From Dendrobates tinctorius (taxonomy: Eukaryota), in the NCBI RefSeq assembly GCF_039654945.1, contig NW_027361687.1, positions 49,414,001-49,478,000 on the forward strand: a stretch of DNA of 64,000 nt, given 5' to 3'. Position 1 is the first letter of the stretch. Every line of letters begins with the position of its first letter. Positions 11,608 through 23,430 of the stretch are shown here, piece after piece. The notes under the pieces are model-generated. The model did no database searches. It was not told where the DNA came from and worked only from the letters and a program-made list of their open reading frames with translations. Both the position numbers and the translations under genes were made by a program.

Positions 11608-11979
11608 GGCTAGTTTCACACTAGCGTTTATGAGCGCAGCGACGGCCTGCGCACGGCCGCCGCTAAGCCCCGCCCCCGCCGGTAGCTCCGCCCACCGGCG
11701 CATGACGCTGCATGCGCCCTGCGTCCCCTATCTTTATCACAGGGGGCGCAGGCCGTGCGCAGTATGCGTTTGGCGGCGCATGCGCCTTTTTGACGGTGCG
11801 CCGACGCAACCAAACTGCAGCAGGTTGCGTTTGGCGCAGGTCGGCGCACCGTCAAAAGGACGCAGGCGCCGCCAAACGCATACTGCGCACGGCCTGCGCC
11901 CCCTGTGATAAAGATAGGGGCCAGCGGCGGCCGTGCGCAGGCAGTCGCTGCGCTCATAAACGCTAGTGTGAAACTAGCC
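11608..11979. mobile_element. Palindromic Harbinger-type MITE
   Basis: Long TIRs GGCTAGTTTCACACTAGCGTTTATGAGCGCAGCGAC, TTA/TAA flanks, present in only one arm of the fold-back. Confidence 0.9.
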
Positions 11980-12671
11980 TAAGATGGGCACTATCTTATA
12001 TATACACACACACACACACACTCTAGCATCATGCTGTGCAAGATGGAAATGGTTGACACCTGTATAAATAACACATAAAGACATAAGGTAAATTCCTAGT
12101 AAGAAGTGGCAAATAAACCTGTTATAAACAGCAATAATAGAAGGCAGATGGCACCAATACTACAAAGATATACAGTGTACAACCTTCCAAAAGATGAGTC
12201 AGGTGTGAAAAAAAAAAATAAGCAAGCATGCCACTAATCTGGGTCAAAAAGGGAGCTAATGATCCAAAATGCTGGTAGTAATGTGCTATAGTGTCCAACT
12301 AAGTGGATGTTAAATGAGCATGAAAGTGCAAATCGCAAGACATGTCCAGAACCAAAGTTCTATGGCAAGAAAGTAATCACCCAGTAAAGGTGTATGAGTC
12401 CGGGTTGCATAATACCAGGTCCATTGACCGTATGTGGAAAATTCTCATGCATCCTATAAGTATCTAAATACAATGAGAGATCTAAAGTGGCTGCAGCGCT
12501 TCCCAGGAGGGAGGTGGCCAGAGCAAAGCGGAAATACGTCACAGGAAGAGACAAGTTGGTTTATTGCATCAATGTTGCTCTGGCCACCTCCCAGCTGGTA
12601 AGCACCACAGCTGCTTTAGATCTCTCATTTGTATTTAGATATTTATAGGATGCATAAGGACGGCATCTTCA

Positions 12672-12712
12672 GCCCCTGACGAAGCCATTCAGTGCGGCGA
12701 CACGCGTCGGGC
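12672..12712 (+). ncRNA. Minimal type I hammerhead ribozyme motif (core GAAA mutated to GACA)
   Basis: GCCC-CTGACGA-A-GCC[loop]GGC-GACAC-GCGTC-GGGC. Confidence 0.7.
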
Positions 12713-13826
12713 ATTCCATTCAGTTCCCCTTGGTGGCATTTCGCTGGCAAGAATTTTCCACATACGGTCAATGGACCTGGTATTATGCAACCCGGACTCA
12801 TACACCTTTACTGGGTGATTACTTTCTTGCCATAGAACTTTGGTTCTGGACATGTCTTGCGATTTGCACTTTCATGCTCATTTAACATCCACTTAGTTGG
12901 ACACTATAGCACTTTACTACCAGCATTTTGGATCATTAGATCCCTTTTTGACCCAGATTAATGATAGTGGTATGCTTGCCTAATTTTTTTTTTCACACCT
13001 GACTCCTCTTTGGGATGGTTGTACACTGTATATCTTTGTAGTATCGGTGCCATCTGCCTTCTATTATTGCTGTTTATAACAGGTTTATTTGCCACTTCTT
13101 ACTAGGAATTTACCTTATGTCTTTTTTATGTGTTATTTATACAGGTGTCAACCATTTCAATCTTGCACAGCATGATGCTATTGTGTGTGTATAAGATAGT
13201 GTCCATCTTATTAGTTGTTCTACGTTTACACCTTGGGGGACTGTAGCCCTATTATGGGCGACCATATGTAGCTTCTATGTCATGGCGTGACTTTTTAAAT
13301 TTTATATGGTGTTCTTTTGTGTCCAATAAAATATTTTTGGCGATCCCTGTTATGGTCTGTAGCTTTTTTTCTCCCTTTATGTTCATTGTGTGTTCATACA
13401 GAATACAGCTGGAGCCCTTAACACTGAGTGGTGCCCTCCTTCTATTTATACTTATATATCTGAGAAGGAAAAATGGTGGATAGGCTCCCCTTCCTGTCTG
13501 CTCTGTAGTGACCGGTGAATGTTGATATTCACAGACTGTCGCCCTCCATCTTTAGAGGATGTAACATGTTGAGTGACTGATAAATGACTCGTAACAAGCG
13601 CTGATTGACACCATGGGAAATCAGTCGGCACTCATAAAAGTTTTGTAGAACTGCCCATAACACAAGCCTTGGTTATGCAGGTTGATGCACTGCTGACTTG
13701 CAGTTTTTGTAAAAATAAAAAAAGCAATAGTAAACAGACAAATGATTAAGAATAATTAAATAAATTGAGGCCGTACAGAACCATACTGAATTGACGTTGA
13801 GCTACACATACGTGACGTACGTTCCA

Positions 13827-13832
13827 TTTATT
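13827..13832 (-). promoter_or_regulatory. Candidate MINDY1 polyadenylation signal AATAAA
   Basis: TTTATT on the plus strand ~800 nt past the stop codon, followed on the minus strand by GT-rich sequence. Confidence 0.4.
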
Positions 13833-14623
13833 GCCAGACCGAGAGAAATGGCAGACAATAAATGGCGCAGCGGGCCGGCATGCATACCTACGCTCCCATT
13901 CATAACAGCTCTGCAGAGCATCAATCTTGGGATCATTGAGGGGGTGGTGGTGGGGGGGACATGGTTAACGTTCAGCAACTTTTCCCTTATCCGTGACGGT
14001 TTTAACGACAAAAAACAACCTAAACCTTTTAAGCTAAATGAGTTACATCATCATCATCATCATCATCTTCTTCTCTGGTCCCATCCAGTGCTGCATTTAT
14101 AACTCAGCTGGTGGCTGGAGAGTGCTTGGCCTGGATACTATATCTTCCATAATGAGGTGTATTTCACAGATAATGAACCAGCAGGAGATGCAGAGACTTC
14201 TGGGGTAAGAAACTGCAAAGTTATGAATGCAGCTTTGGAGTAGAGGTCCTAATTTAAGTTGGCCATTTTATATAACAATTTGCATCCAAAAGGTGGAGTC
14301 AGTGCCTTTTTTTTTTAACCCCTTTTCAGACTCTCCCCTCACTAAAATTTGTGAGACTGTTTGTTTTTTTTTAGTAAATAGCAAACAAAAAAAACAGACT
14401 GAGAAAGGCAGAAGGGTCAGCGAGAAAGGGGGGGGGGGGGGGGGGGGGGGGGGATCTGTCCTCACTAGTTGTGTCAAACACCAAGAGTGGTCAGATAAGA
14501 AAAGACCCAGAGAGCAGCCTCAAGCTCCATGTGCTTGCCCTTCAGAAAGGGAGATCTGTGCTGCGTCTTCCCCAGTGGCTGAACCCTGGATCCATTCACA
14601 CATGGCAGGACACGATGGTGGGG

Positions 14624-14701
14624 CTATAGCAGGACACAGTCAGATTCCTTCTGTCTCTGTCGGCGCTCGGAGGACGGACGTCCAGAGGTTTGAGACCTCA
14701 C
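14624..14701 (-). CDS. MINDY1: MINDY1 last coding exon (VRSQTSGRPSSERRQRQKESDCVLL*; CaaX)
   Basis: ttttattccag acceptor, phase 0; matches the MINDY1 C-terminal ..ESDC(I/V)LL prenylation motif. Confidence 0.88.
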   Translation of the reverse strand: MRSQTSGRPSSERRQRQKESDCVLL

Positions 14702-15549
14702 CTGGAATAAAAATTATAGATTTATCTGTGACGCGCCATTAAGAGTCAGCGATCTGCGGTGCTTGGGGTGCAGTACTTACGGGGGGAGCCAATTACACGC
14801 AGGGCACTGACTCACTGATTGTTCCTATGATTGCAGAAGATTTTTTTTCCTTTAGCCATTTCCAGACACCTATATAACTGCTGACATAATGTAGCAGATT
14901 ACTGTGCACTGAAGGGCAAAGACAAAACCTCGCCTGGCTCTCCGCATGTACACCAGAAACCGATCTATGAGTCAGAGAGAGGACGATCATAGCTGCAAGT
15001 CGCCATCAAGTGGCTGGGATAAAGAACAACATCAATAAATGATGTGCACTACACTTAGAAACATGGATTTTTGTGATCACTTACCGTAAAATCCTTTTCT
15101 CCGAGACGCTCATTGGGGAACTCAGGTACTGTGGGGTGTATGCTACAGCCATCTGGAGGCTGATACTAAGTAAACAACACAAGGTTAGCTCCTCCCCCAC
15201 GGTATACACCCTCTTCCCGATTGCGGGCTGAAACCAGTTTAGTGCAAAAGCAGTAGGAGAATAACAAAAAAAAAAAAAAAAATCAGCCTTAATGCAGATA
15301 ACAATATGTCTGCAAAAGGACCACCCTGACATCAACAACAAATGCACATAAACAAAAAGCCAACTGGCTATCAGGGTGGGTGCTGTGTCCCCTAATGAGC
15401 GACTCGGAGAAAAGTATTTTACAGTGAGTTATCACAAAAATCCATGTTTCTCCTTCGTCTCATTGGGGGGACACAGGTACTGTGGGACGTCCTAGAGCAG
15501 TCCCTGGGTGGGAGATTGACTCACCGATCCAAGCTACATGCACCTCTTG

Positions 15550-17037
15550 TTAAAGGTGCGCCACCGCTGCTTGGAGAATCCTTCTACCTAGGCTTGCATC
15601 TGACGACGCCTGAGTATGGACACTGTAATGTTTAGTGAACGTATGCAGGCTGGCCCAGGTTGCTGCCTTGCACACCTGTTCCGTCAAAGCCTGGTGCCGA
15701 AGCGCCCAAGAGGCGCCCACTGCCCGAGTAGAGTGCGCTTTGATCCCTGATGGAACCGGCGCACCCCTGTTGCGATAGGGTTCCTGAATAGTTAGACGGA
15801 TCCATCTGGCTATGGTCGATTTTGAGGCTGAGAGTCCCTTCCTGCGCCCCTCAGGAAGCACGAACAGCGTGTCCGTCCGACGAAAGGGTGCCGTCTGCGA
15901 CACGTACCTCCTGAGTGCTCTCACCAGGTCTAATGTGTGAAGAGCTTTTTCCACGCGATGTACTGGTGCTGGACAAAATGAAGGCAAGACAATATCCTCA
16001 TTAATGTGGAATGAGGACAAGACCTTCGGCAGAAAGGGGGGAGCTGGTCTAAGCACCACCTTATCCTTATAGAAGGTGAGAAACCGTGCTTGGCAAGACA
16101 GGGCCGCCAACTCCGAGACTCGCCTAATGGAAGTAATGGCTACCAAGAATACCACCTTCCAGGAAAGGTATGACAGAGAAATATCTTGTAGCAGCTTAAA
16201 AGGGGCTTCCTGCAGAACACTCAGGACCAGGTTAAGGTCCCAGGTGTCCATCGGCGCCTTATAGGGTGGTACCAAGTGGGAGACTCCCTGAATGAAAGTC
16301 TTCACCTGTAAGTTGGTAGCAATTTTTCGCTGAAAGAGGACAGACAACGCCAATATCTGTCTCCTAAGGGAGCTTGGGGCTAAACCAGAGTCTAGGCCTG
16401 ACTGTAGAAAAGCCAAGACGTTAGGAATAGAGAATGTCAGAGGAGAAAGACCACGGTCCCGACACCAAGCAAAGGAGACCTTCCAGGTGTGATAGTAGAT
16501 TCTCGCCGAGGTAGGCTTCCGGGAGTCAACCATTGTGGCGACCACTTTGCGCTCAAACCCCGCCTGGGTCAAAATCCGAGATTCAATGGCCACGCTGTCA
16601 AACACAGGGCCCCTGAGTTCGAGTGGAAGATCGGTCCCTGGGACAGTAGATCTGAGCGCTCTGGTAGTCGCCATGGGACGTCGGTGAACAGCTGCACTAG
16701 ATCTGCGTACCAAGCCCGACGGGGCCAGTCTGGGGCCAGCAGAATTGCTGGAACCCCTTCTGTCTTGATCTTTTTGACAACCCTCGGAAGTAGTGGCAGC
16801 GTGGGAAACAAGTATGGAAGGCGAAACTGGCTCCATGGCATAACCAAAGCATCCACGGCGAACGCTCGCGGGTCCCGAGACCGGGCGACGAACACGGGCA
16901 CATTGGCGTTCACCCTGGATGCCATCAGATCCACATCCGGTGTTCCCCACGGTTGGCAAATCTGCTGGAAGACCTCGGGATGCAGAGACCATTCCCCCGA
17001 CGCGACCCCCTGCCGGCTGAGGAAGTCCACCGCCCAA
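15550..17037 (-). CDS. DIRS tyrosine recombinase (open frame; YR proper ~15550-16590)
   Basis: SIRRVSEL, KAHSTRAVG and FTKHY give the R-H-x-x-R-Y catalytic residues. Confidence 0.88.
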   Translation of the reverse strand: MGGGLPQPAGGRVGGMVSASRGLPADLPTVGNTGCGSDGIQGERQCARVRRPVSGPASVRRGCFGYAMEPVSPSILVSHAATTSEGCQKDQDRRGSSNSAGPRLAPSGLVRRSSAAVHRRPMATTRALRSTVPGTDLPLELRGPVFDSVAIESRILTQAGFERKVVATMVDSRKPTSARIYYHTWKVSFAWCRDRGLSPLTFSIPNVLAFLQSGLDSGLAPSSLRRQILALSVLFQRKIATNLQVKTFIQGVSHLVPPYKAPMDTWDLNLVLSVLQEAPFKLLQDISLSYLSWKVVFLVAITSIRRVSELAALSCQARFLTFYKDKVVLRPAPPFLPKVLSSFHINEDIVLPSFCPAPVHRVEKALHTLDLVRALRRYVSQTAPFRRTDTLFVLPEGRRKGLSASKSTIARWIRLTIQEPYRNRGAPVPSGIKAHSTRAVGASWALRHQALTEQVCKAATWASLHTFTKHYSVHTQASSDASLGRRILQAAVAHL

Positions 17038-18068
17038 TTTTCCACGCCCGGGATGTGGACCGCCGATATTACCGAATGGTTCCTCTCTGCCCAGTGAAGC
17101 CGTGCCCCACCTCGCACATGGTTGCCCTGCTGCGCGTGCCCCCTTGATTTACGCAAGCCACCGCCGTGGCGTTGTCTGATTGTATCCGAACAGGGCATCC
17201 TGCTAGAAGGTGCTGAAAATGCTGCAGCGCCAGCCACACCGCAAGTATTTACAACAAATTGACCGGGAGACGTGCCTCCTGTTGCGACCATTGCCCCTGA
17301 ATCGTGTGGTGGCGAAACACTGCTCCCCAGCCGAGGATGCTGGCGTCGGTTGTGACCACTAGCCACCAATCCGGGAGAAATGGTTTCCCTTGAAGAAGGG
17401 AGGACCTGATCGTCCACCACTCTAGTGACTGCCTGACCTGTGAGGATAGGCGGCACTGATGATCGAGCGTGAACGGGTTCTTGTCCCAAGAAGACAAGAG
17501 GGCATGCTGTAGGGGGCGAAGATGAAATTGGGCAAACGGAATTGCTTCTATTGCTGCCACCATCTTCCCTAGTACCCTCATCCTGAACCAAATGGTGTGA
17601 GGGACCGGCTGTAGAAGCTTCTGGACACCTTGCCGGAGCGCTAGGGCTTTGTCTTGAGGGAGAATTACCAACCCTCGGGAGGTGTCGAAGATCATCCCTA
17701 AAAAGCAAATCCTCTGGGCTAGGACAAGGGATGATTTTTTCCTGTTGATCAACCACCCCAAGCGGGAGAGTGTATCCAGCGTGATGCTGACATTCTCTTC
17801 GCATGACCGAAATGAGGGGTCCCTTCACCAAGAGGTCGTCTAAGTATGGCAAGACGACTATGCCCCGAGAGTGCAAGACAGCCATCACGACTGCCATTAC
17901 CTTCGTGAATACTCTTGGGGCGGTGGCTAGCCCGAAGGGCAGTGCTGCAAACTGGAAATGTTGGCCATTGCTGGCGAACCGTAGAAACCTTTGATGCGGA
18001 GGAAAAATGGGAACGTGCAGGTAGGCATCCTGGATGTCGATAGAGGCCAAGTATTCTCCCTGCCCCAT
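16569..18068 (-). pseudogene. DIRS RT/RNaseH/methyltransferase-like region (frameshifted; N-terminal part continues at 21439-21760)
   Basis: SIDIQDAYLH, LPFGL, YLDD, TTDAS, VDLMAS..AVDAL..PDWPRRAWY; RT split at MESLRPVISA|MGQGEY by nested insertions. Confidence 0.88.
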
Positions 18069-18074
18069 GGCCGA

Positions 18075-18526
18075 TGTTACGTGCTACAGCAGCACTCAGC
18101 GCACAGAATGTGTATGTATGGTGGGTTCTGTGTGAGATGCATGTCCCTGATGCATCAGCCCACAGGCTGCGCCCCTGGGCAGAGGGGACACGATATTCTC
18201 CTTTTGTCCGCCCTCCCCCCACCTATGTAATTCCCACAGTAAACATCGGCAGGCTCCGGCCACCTGCGGCTTTTGTAATGCATGTCTGGCCTGCCGCTTT
18301 TCTATTGGCCTGCCCTCTGTATCTGTGTGATATATTCTGTGTCCTGTGAATGAAGTGTTGTCAGACTGGAAATACGTGGAGATGCAGTGATCTTTTATAT
18401 GCGCCCATGTAACCAAGGAATTCCAGCCAGCGTCATTCATTCAGACTCCAGCCAACGCAGAGCGGACCTCCGAAAACACAGGGTGGTACTGAAAGAGGTA
18501 CCCCAGCTTGGGTAGACCCAGTTACA
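18075..18526. mobile_element. Solo LTR inserted in the DIRS RT
   Basis: TGTTAC...GTTACA termini; 5-bp TSD GCCGA (18070-18074 and 21434-21438). Confidence 0.75.
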
Positions 18527-18528
18527 GC

Positions 18529-21427
18529 CAGGGCTGTGGAGTCGGAGTCGTGGAGTCGGAGTTAGTTTTGGTTGGAGTCGGAGTCGGTAGAAATGTACCG
18601 ACTCCAGCTTTAAAAAAAATGTATTAATATTTCATAATTGAACTTTCATATGAATTTTATAAATGTTACTCAAATATATATGTTCTATCAAACTATGAAC
18701 AACAGTGATAAGCAGTTCTGCTGGAGATAGAGACATTTCTTACTTCTTGTGTGTCACTGTTCTCCACTGCCCTTATCTAATCTTATGCTTGGTTAATCTC
18801 ATGCTTCCCCAACCCCCCTACTTACAATGTATGAAACTGAAAGTGAAAATGTGTTGCAAATTCTTAGTAGTAAAGCTCCTCCTCTAGACTAGATCATACT
18901 AGGTGTGCGTCTTCCAAGCATCTCACAGCTGCCTGCTACTCAGAAGAGGAAGACTGTAAGAAGTATTATCCTTTCAACAAACTTTGCATCAGTTAACTGT
19001 GAGTACATGAGGAATAACAACAGTATTACTGACCACTATATCAGTTGTACGACCTGGCAATAATTTTGTACAATTGTTTTTAGGAAAAACACTTGTCATA
19101 TGGATTGTGAATGCAGAATTAAAAACCTGAGAATGTCAAAGAAGCATCACATTAAATCAGCTGTATTTGAACATTTCACCATCACTCAAGATAGAAAACA
19201 TTATGTCTGTCAGTGTATGACAAATGATCCAGACGAAAACAAATGCTGTGAAGCCAAGATGAGTGCATAATCAGGCAAAGATAAAAATGCTCCTACCAGA
19301 GCTTCTAATCTAAAGAGACATTTACAGCACTTTCATCCAGAAGTACTGAAAGCAGTGGATGAGAAAGACTGCATCCAAACCAATGAACCAGTACCCAGCT
19401 CTTCCAGCCAAACAAATGAGCAGAGAACTTTGCAGCCATCAGTTGCAAGATATTTTGTCAGTGACAATGACAGTAGATACATTTAAAAAACAGATCATAG
19501 AGCTTGTTGTAAAGGATAGTGTGCCTATTTCATTATTTTCACGACCAGTTTTTATGTGTCTGAATGGGGAAATGGCCCACAAGCTTGGAGTTTCTCTGGA
19601 GAGAGAGAGTATTAGAAAATTAGTAATCGAAGAAGCTTTTAAACAAAAGGGAGAAGTTAAAAAAACTCTCAAGGGACGCTTTCTGTTTCTTAAAATGGAT
19701 GCCTGCACACGTCACAGAGTGAACTATTTTGCCATCAATGTCCGATTTGTTTGTGACAAAAATGAAATAGTTACCAAGACATTGGCAGTAAAAGACACCA
19801 AAGCTCACCACACCAGTGAGTTTCTCCAGGTCTTGGTGGAAAAGGTTCTGCAAGACTATGAACTTAAAAAGAGCAAGTTCTTTCTGTCGTAACTGACAAT
19901 GCTTCAAATATGATAAGTACTATTAAGCTAATGAATGAGAGTAATGATGGTGACCAGCAGCTAGAAGAACATTCTGGGTCCACAGACACAGAAATGTTTG
20001 AAATAGAGGAACACCGTATTGTAACTGAGGAGCAAACTGAAGTTGCTTCAGATGAACAGCAACATGATAGTTTAGATGATCTTGTTGAAACTGTGTCAAT
20101 ATGTTCTTTCATTCATCACATGCGCTGTGTTGTGCATACGCTACAGCTGGCTATAAGAGACAGTCTGCAAGACGGACATGCTGCTGCACTGATTGGCAAG
20201 GTGAGAAAATTGGCTACTGTTGCCAGAACCCCTAAAGTTGACTCAATTTTGAAGAGACGTGCTGGAAAAGGGGCAATTATTGATCAAGCCACACGATGGG
20301 GCAGTACTTACTTAATGATTCAGCGCTTGGTTGAACTGAAAACCTTTCTTGTAGACATGGCTAACCCTCAACTGACGCTAAATGAAAGTCAGTGGAATCA
20401 GGTGACTGAGCTGGAAAAATTGCTAGAGCACCCATTTACAGTGACTAAAAAATTACAAGCAGAGGACTTAACTCCAGGTATTTTCTTAAAGAAGTGGAAG
20501 AACCTGATGTTTCGCCTGTCCCAAAGAGAAGGGTTAATTGCAAGTGGCATTGCTACATCAATGAAACGGAGAGAGGAGCTACTATTACAAAATAACATTC
20601 TTTTGGCAGCTGTTTATGTAGACCCAATGCATCGGATTCTTCTAGATGATCAACAGCTAAGTAAAGGAAAAGAAGGTCTGTTTGAAATAGCAGTAAGGAT
20701 GAAAGGGTTGCAGAACAGTCAGGAGGAACAAGAAGAATTTGGTGGTCCTGCCACATCTTCACCCTCATCATCAACTGATGAAGAATTTAATTTCGAAAAA
20801 TATTTGGATCACAAGGACCGTGCAAAGCGTTCCCGCATAGAAGAGTCATCCCCATCAAGGAACACAGCCAGTACATTTCAGCAGAATTTTTCATGTGCAC
20901 TAAAAGAAATTGAGAAATTTGACCGTTCATCAAAAATAACAGTGCAACAAGCGATTCCTCTGTATCCTGACATTGTCAGAGATGTTGCCCGAGTGGTTAC
21001 TGCTTTGCCACAAACACAAGTTAGTGTAGAGAGGTTGTTCTCTGCTCTGAAAATAATTAGATCAGATTTGAGGGCATCCATGAAGGAGGATCTGACAGAG
21101 GCAATACTTTTTCTGAGGACAAATTTATAGATTTCTTCTTATTAACTGCATAAAAGTGTTTATTGCATATTTACTTACAGTTTAGAAAAGTTTAGAAAAG
21201 TTATTTGCTATATTCTAATTGTATTCAAATAAATGTAGTTTTTGCTCTAAGTGGTCTGATTACTTATATGATTGTGAGAAACTGAATAAGCACGATGTTT
21301 AATATTTTACAACAGTAAATTTGTTGTTATGAATTGGCCATTTATGAAGGAGTCGGAGCCGGAGTCGGAGCCTGATAAAATCCAGGAGTCGGAGTCGCAA
21401 CTGTGGCTTACCGACTCCACAGCCCTG
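18529..21427 (+). mobile_element. hAT DNA transposon
   Basis: 17-bp TIR CAGGGCTGTGGAGTCGG, subterminal GGAGTC repeats, perfect 8-bp TSD GTTACAGC. Confidence 0.95.
19133..21130 (+). pseudogene. hAT transposase pseudogene (BED finger, DDE core, dimerisation domain)
   Basis: MSKK..CQC..ASNLKRHLQHFH, LKMD, VTDNASN, RCVVHTLQL, TRWGS, VSVERLFS; in-frame stop at ~19268 plus frameshifts. Confidence 0.88.
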
Positions 21428-21839
21428 GTTACAGCCGATATAACTGGACGGAGAGATTCCATTCTGAAATGTTTGATCCTCATGAATTTGTTCAGGAGTT
21501 TTAGATCCAAAACCGGCCTGACTGTCCCGTCCTTTTTGGGGACTGCAAACAGATTGGAATAAAAACCCTGAGCTTTCTCGTGCTCTGGTACGGGAACAAT
21601 GACTCCATTGTGCTGGAGTGAATTGATGGCCCCTAGCAATGCTTTGGCCCGGGGCTCCACTCTGGGAAGTCGGGACAGAAAAAAATGTTTTGGGGGATAC
21701 TTGATAAACTATCTTGTACCCCGAGGACACCAGTTCCGCCACCCATGAGTCGTGTGCCACCTTGACCCAGACATGGTGAAACCAGAGCAGGCGGCTGCCT
21801 ACCCTGCTGATGTCACCTAAACGGCGCTCTGAGTCATTT

Positions 21840-23430
21840 AGCTGAGGACCTCTGGGCCCTAGTTCCCCTCGGCCTGGGCAGGCGGGCCCGCATTCTCCCC
21901 AATGGGTTGGCTCTATATGAGACCTGTCACTCCCTATCCTGATTGGCGCGACTTGGAGCGGCAGAGCTAGCTCCTGCCGACCATCCGGGGTTGCGAAAGG
22001 CCCGAAACCGTGACGGAGCCTGACGAAACGGCTGTTTAATCTTTTGCTGCCGGAGGAAGCTGCTTTTTCCCCCCCGTAGCATCGGAGATGAGTTGATCCA
22101 ACTTTTCCCCGAACAGGCGGTCTCCCTGATAAGGCAGGGAAGTCAAGGACTTCTTGGAAATAGAATCAGCCCGCCATGTTCTTAACCATAGGGCTCTCCT
22201 GATGGCTACTGCGTTTGCGGCCGCAAATGCCACACAATTGGCTGCATCCAAGGAAGCACTGATTAAGTAGTCCCCCGCCATAGCGATCTGACTCTTGATC
22301 TCTGATACCTCCGCAGGCAGGTCTCTATCCTGCAAGATTTTGTTCAATGACTGACATCATGGCCTTGGCTACCCATGTTGCCGCAAACGAGGGAGAGAGA
22401 GCCGACCCCGACACCTCAAAAACGGAGCGAGCTAAACTGTCTGTGAGCCGATCAGTGGGATCCTTAATGGACGAGCCACTAGGTACCGATAACAAGGTTT
22501 TCGAGGCCAAGCGTGACATCGGCGGATCCACCACTGGGGATTCCGCCCATTTCTTAAGGAGCTCCGGGGCAAACGGATATCTCGCCTCTATTGTCTTCTG
22601 GCCCGAGAAACGCCTATCCGGCCGTGCTCTGTGACGCTGTACTATGTCCCCAAATTCTGGGTGAGTGCCAAACACTCTGTGCGGTCACTTAGACCGCTTA
22701 AAGGATACTTTATGGCTTGAGGCCAGGGTGGCGTCATCCTCAACCCCCAGGGTCTGAACAACAGCTTCAATGAGGCTGTCAACTGTTTCTCGACACCCCG
22801 GGGTATCTAGGTCCAGTGGCTCGTTTGAGTCACAATCTGAACTCTGCCCGCTCCCAACAACTGGTGAAGGAGAGCGCGATGCCGAACTCACGGATGCCGA
22901 CGCACCGGATGGGCCGGGAGATACTGTGTGGGTTCGTTTCCTGTGCGCCTGCCTGGAATGAGAGCGGCCCCTGCAGGCCGGAGGCTCTTGTGAGGTGGAG
23001 GACCCTTCCCAGATAAGCGAGCCACTATCCTTGCCCCCATCTGGGGCGCGAATAGACTCAATCGCCTTTGTAAGCGATGCCATAGACTGCGATAGTGAAA
23101 GGGCCCATTCCGGAGGATTTGGATCACTGGACTCGGTCGCAGGGGAGGGCTCCTGGGTGCGTTCGGAGTCGCAGGCTTCGCACAGTTTGTTGCTCTGCGC
23201 CTGCGGAAACGAAGCCCTACAGGAAACGCATGCGTCTTCCCTTTCCCAGCCATATTGTATCCGCCAGGTGACAATACTGCCCTGCCAGGGACTTGAGGGG
23301 GGCACCCCTCGAGCTGTAGCGCCTTGCGGACTGGGCCGCACTTACCCGATCCTGTGTCCCCCGCACACGCTGCCTCTCCTTTCCGATCCTGGGGCCTGTG
23401 CGCCGATATGCTGTTGGGCTGGCCGACCAT
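21840..23430 (-). pseudogene. DIRS element 1 ORF1 (gag-like, CxxC..CxxC finger)
   Basis: CVSC..LCEAC, PVVDPPMSRL, IKDPTDR, RRALWLRTW, LPYQGDRLFGEKLD in broken frames. Confidence 0.75.

Larger units (their letters stand above)
11418..13446. mobile_element. Non-coding fold-back (Penelope-like) insertion 1 with hammerhead motif
   Basis: Inverted arms ~11418-12526 and 12574-13387; flanking direct repeat TATACTTATGGATCT (11403-11417) / TATACTTATATATCT (13447-13461), 13/15 identical. Confidence 0.75.

Noticed and set aside
14227-14742. 171-aa plus-strand ORF
   Set aside because: Antisense to the MINDY1 last exon and 3'UTR, includes a poly-G run, no homology recognised.
16569-16960. Bacterial-type DNA adenine methyltransferase / phage integrase suggesting horizontal transfer
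   Set aside because: MT-like and YR domains are standard parts of DIRS1-group retrotransposons.
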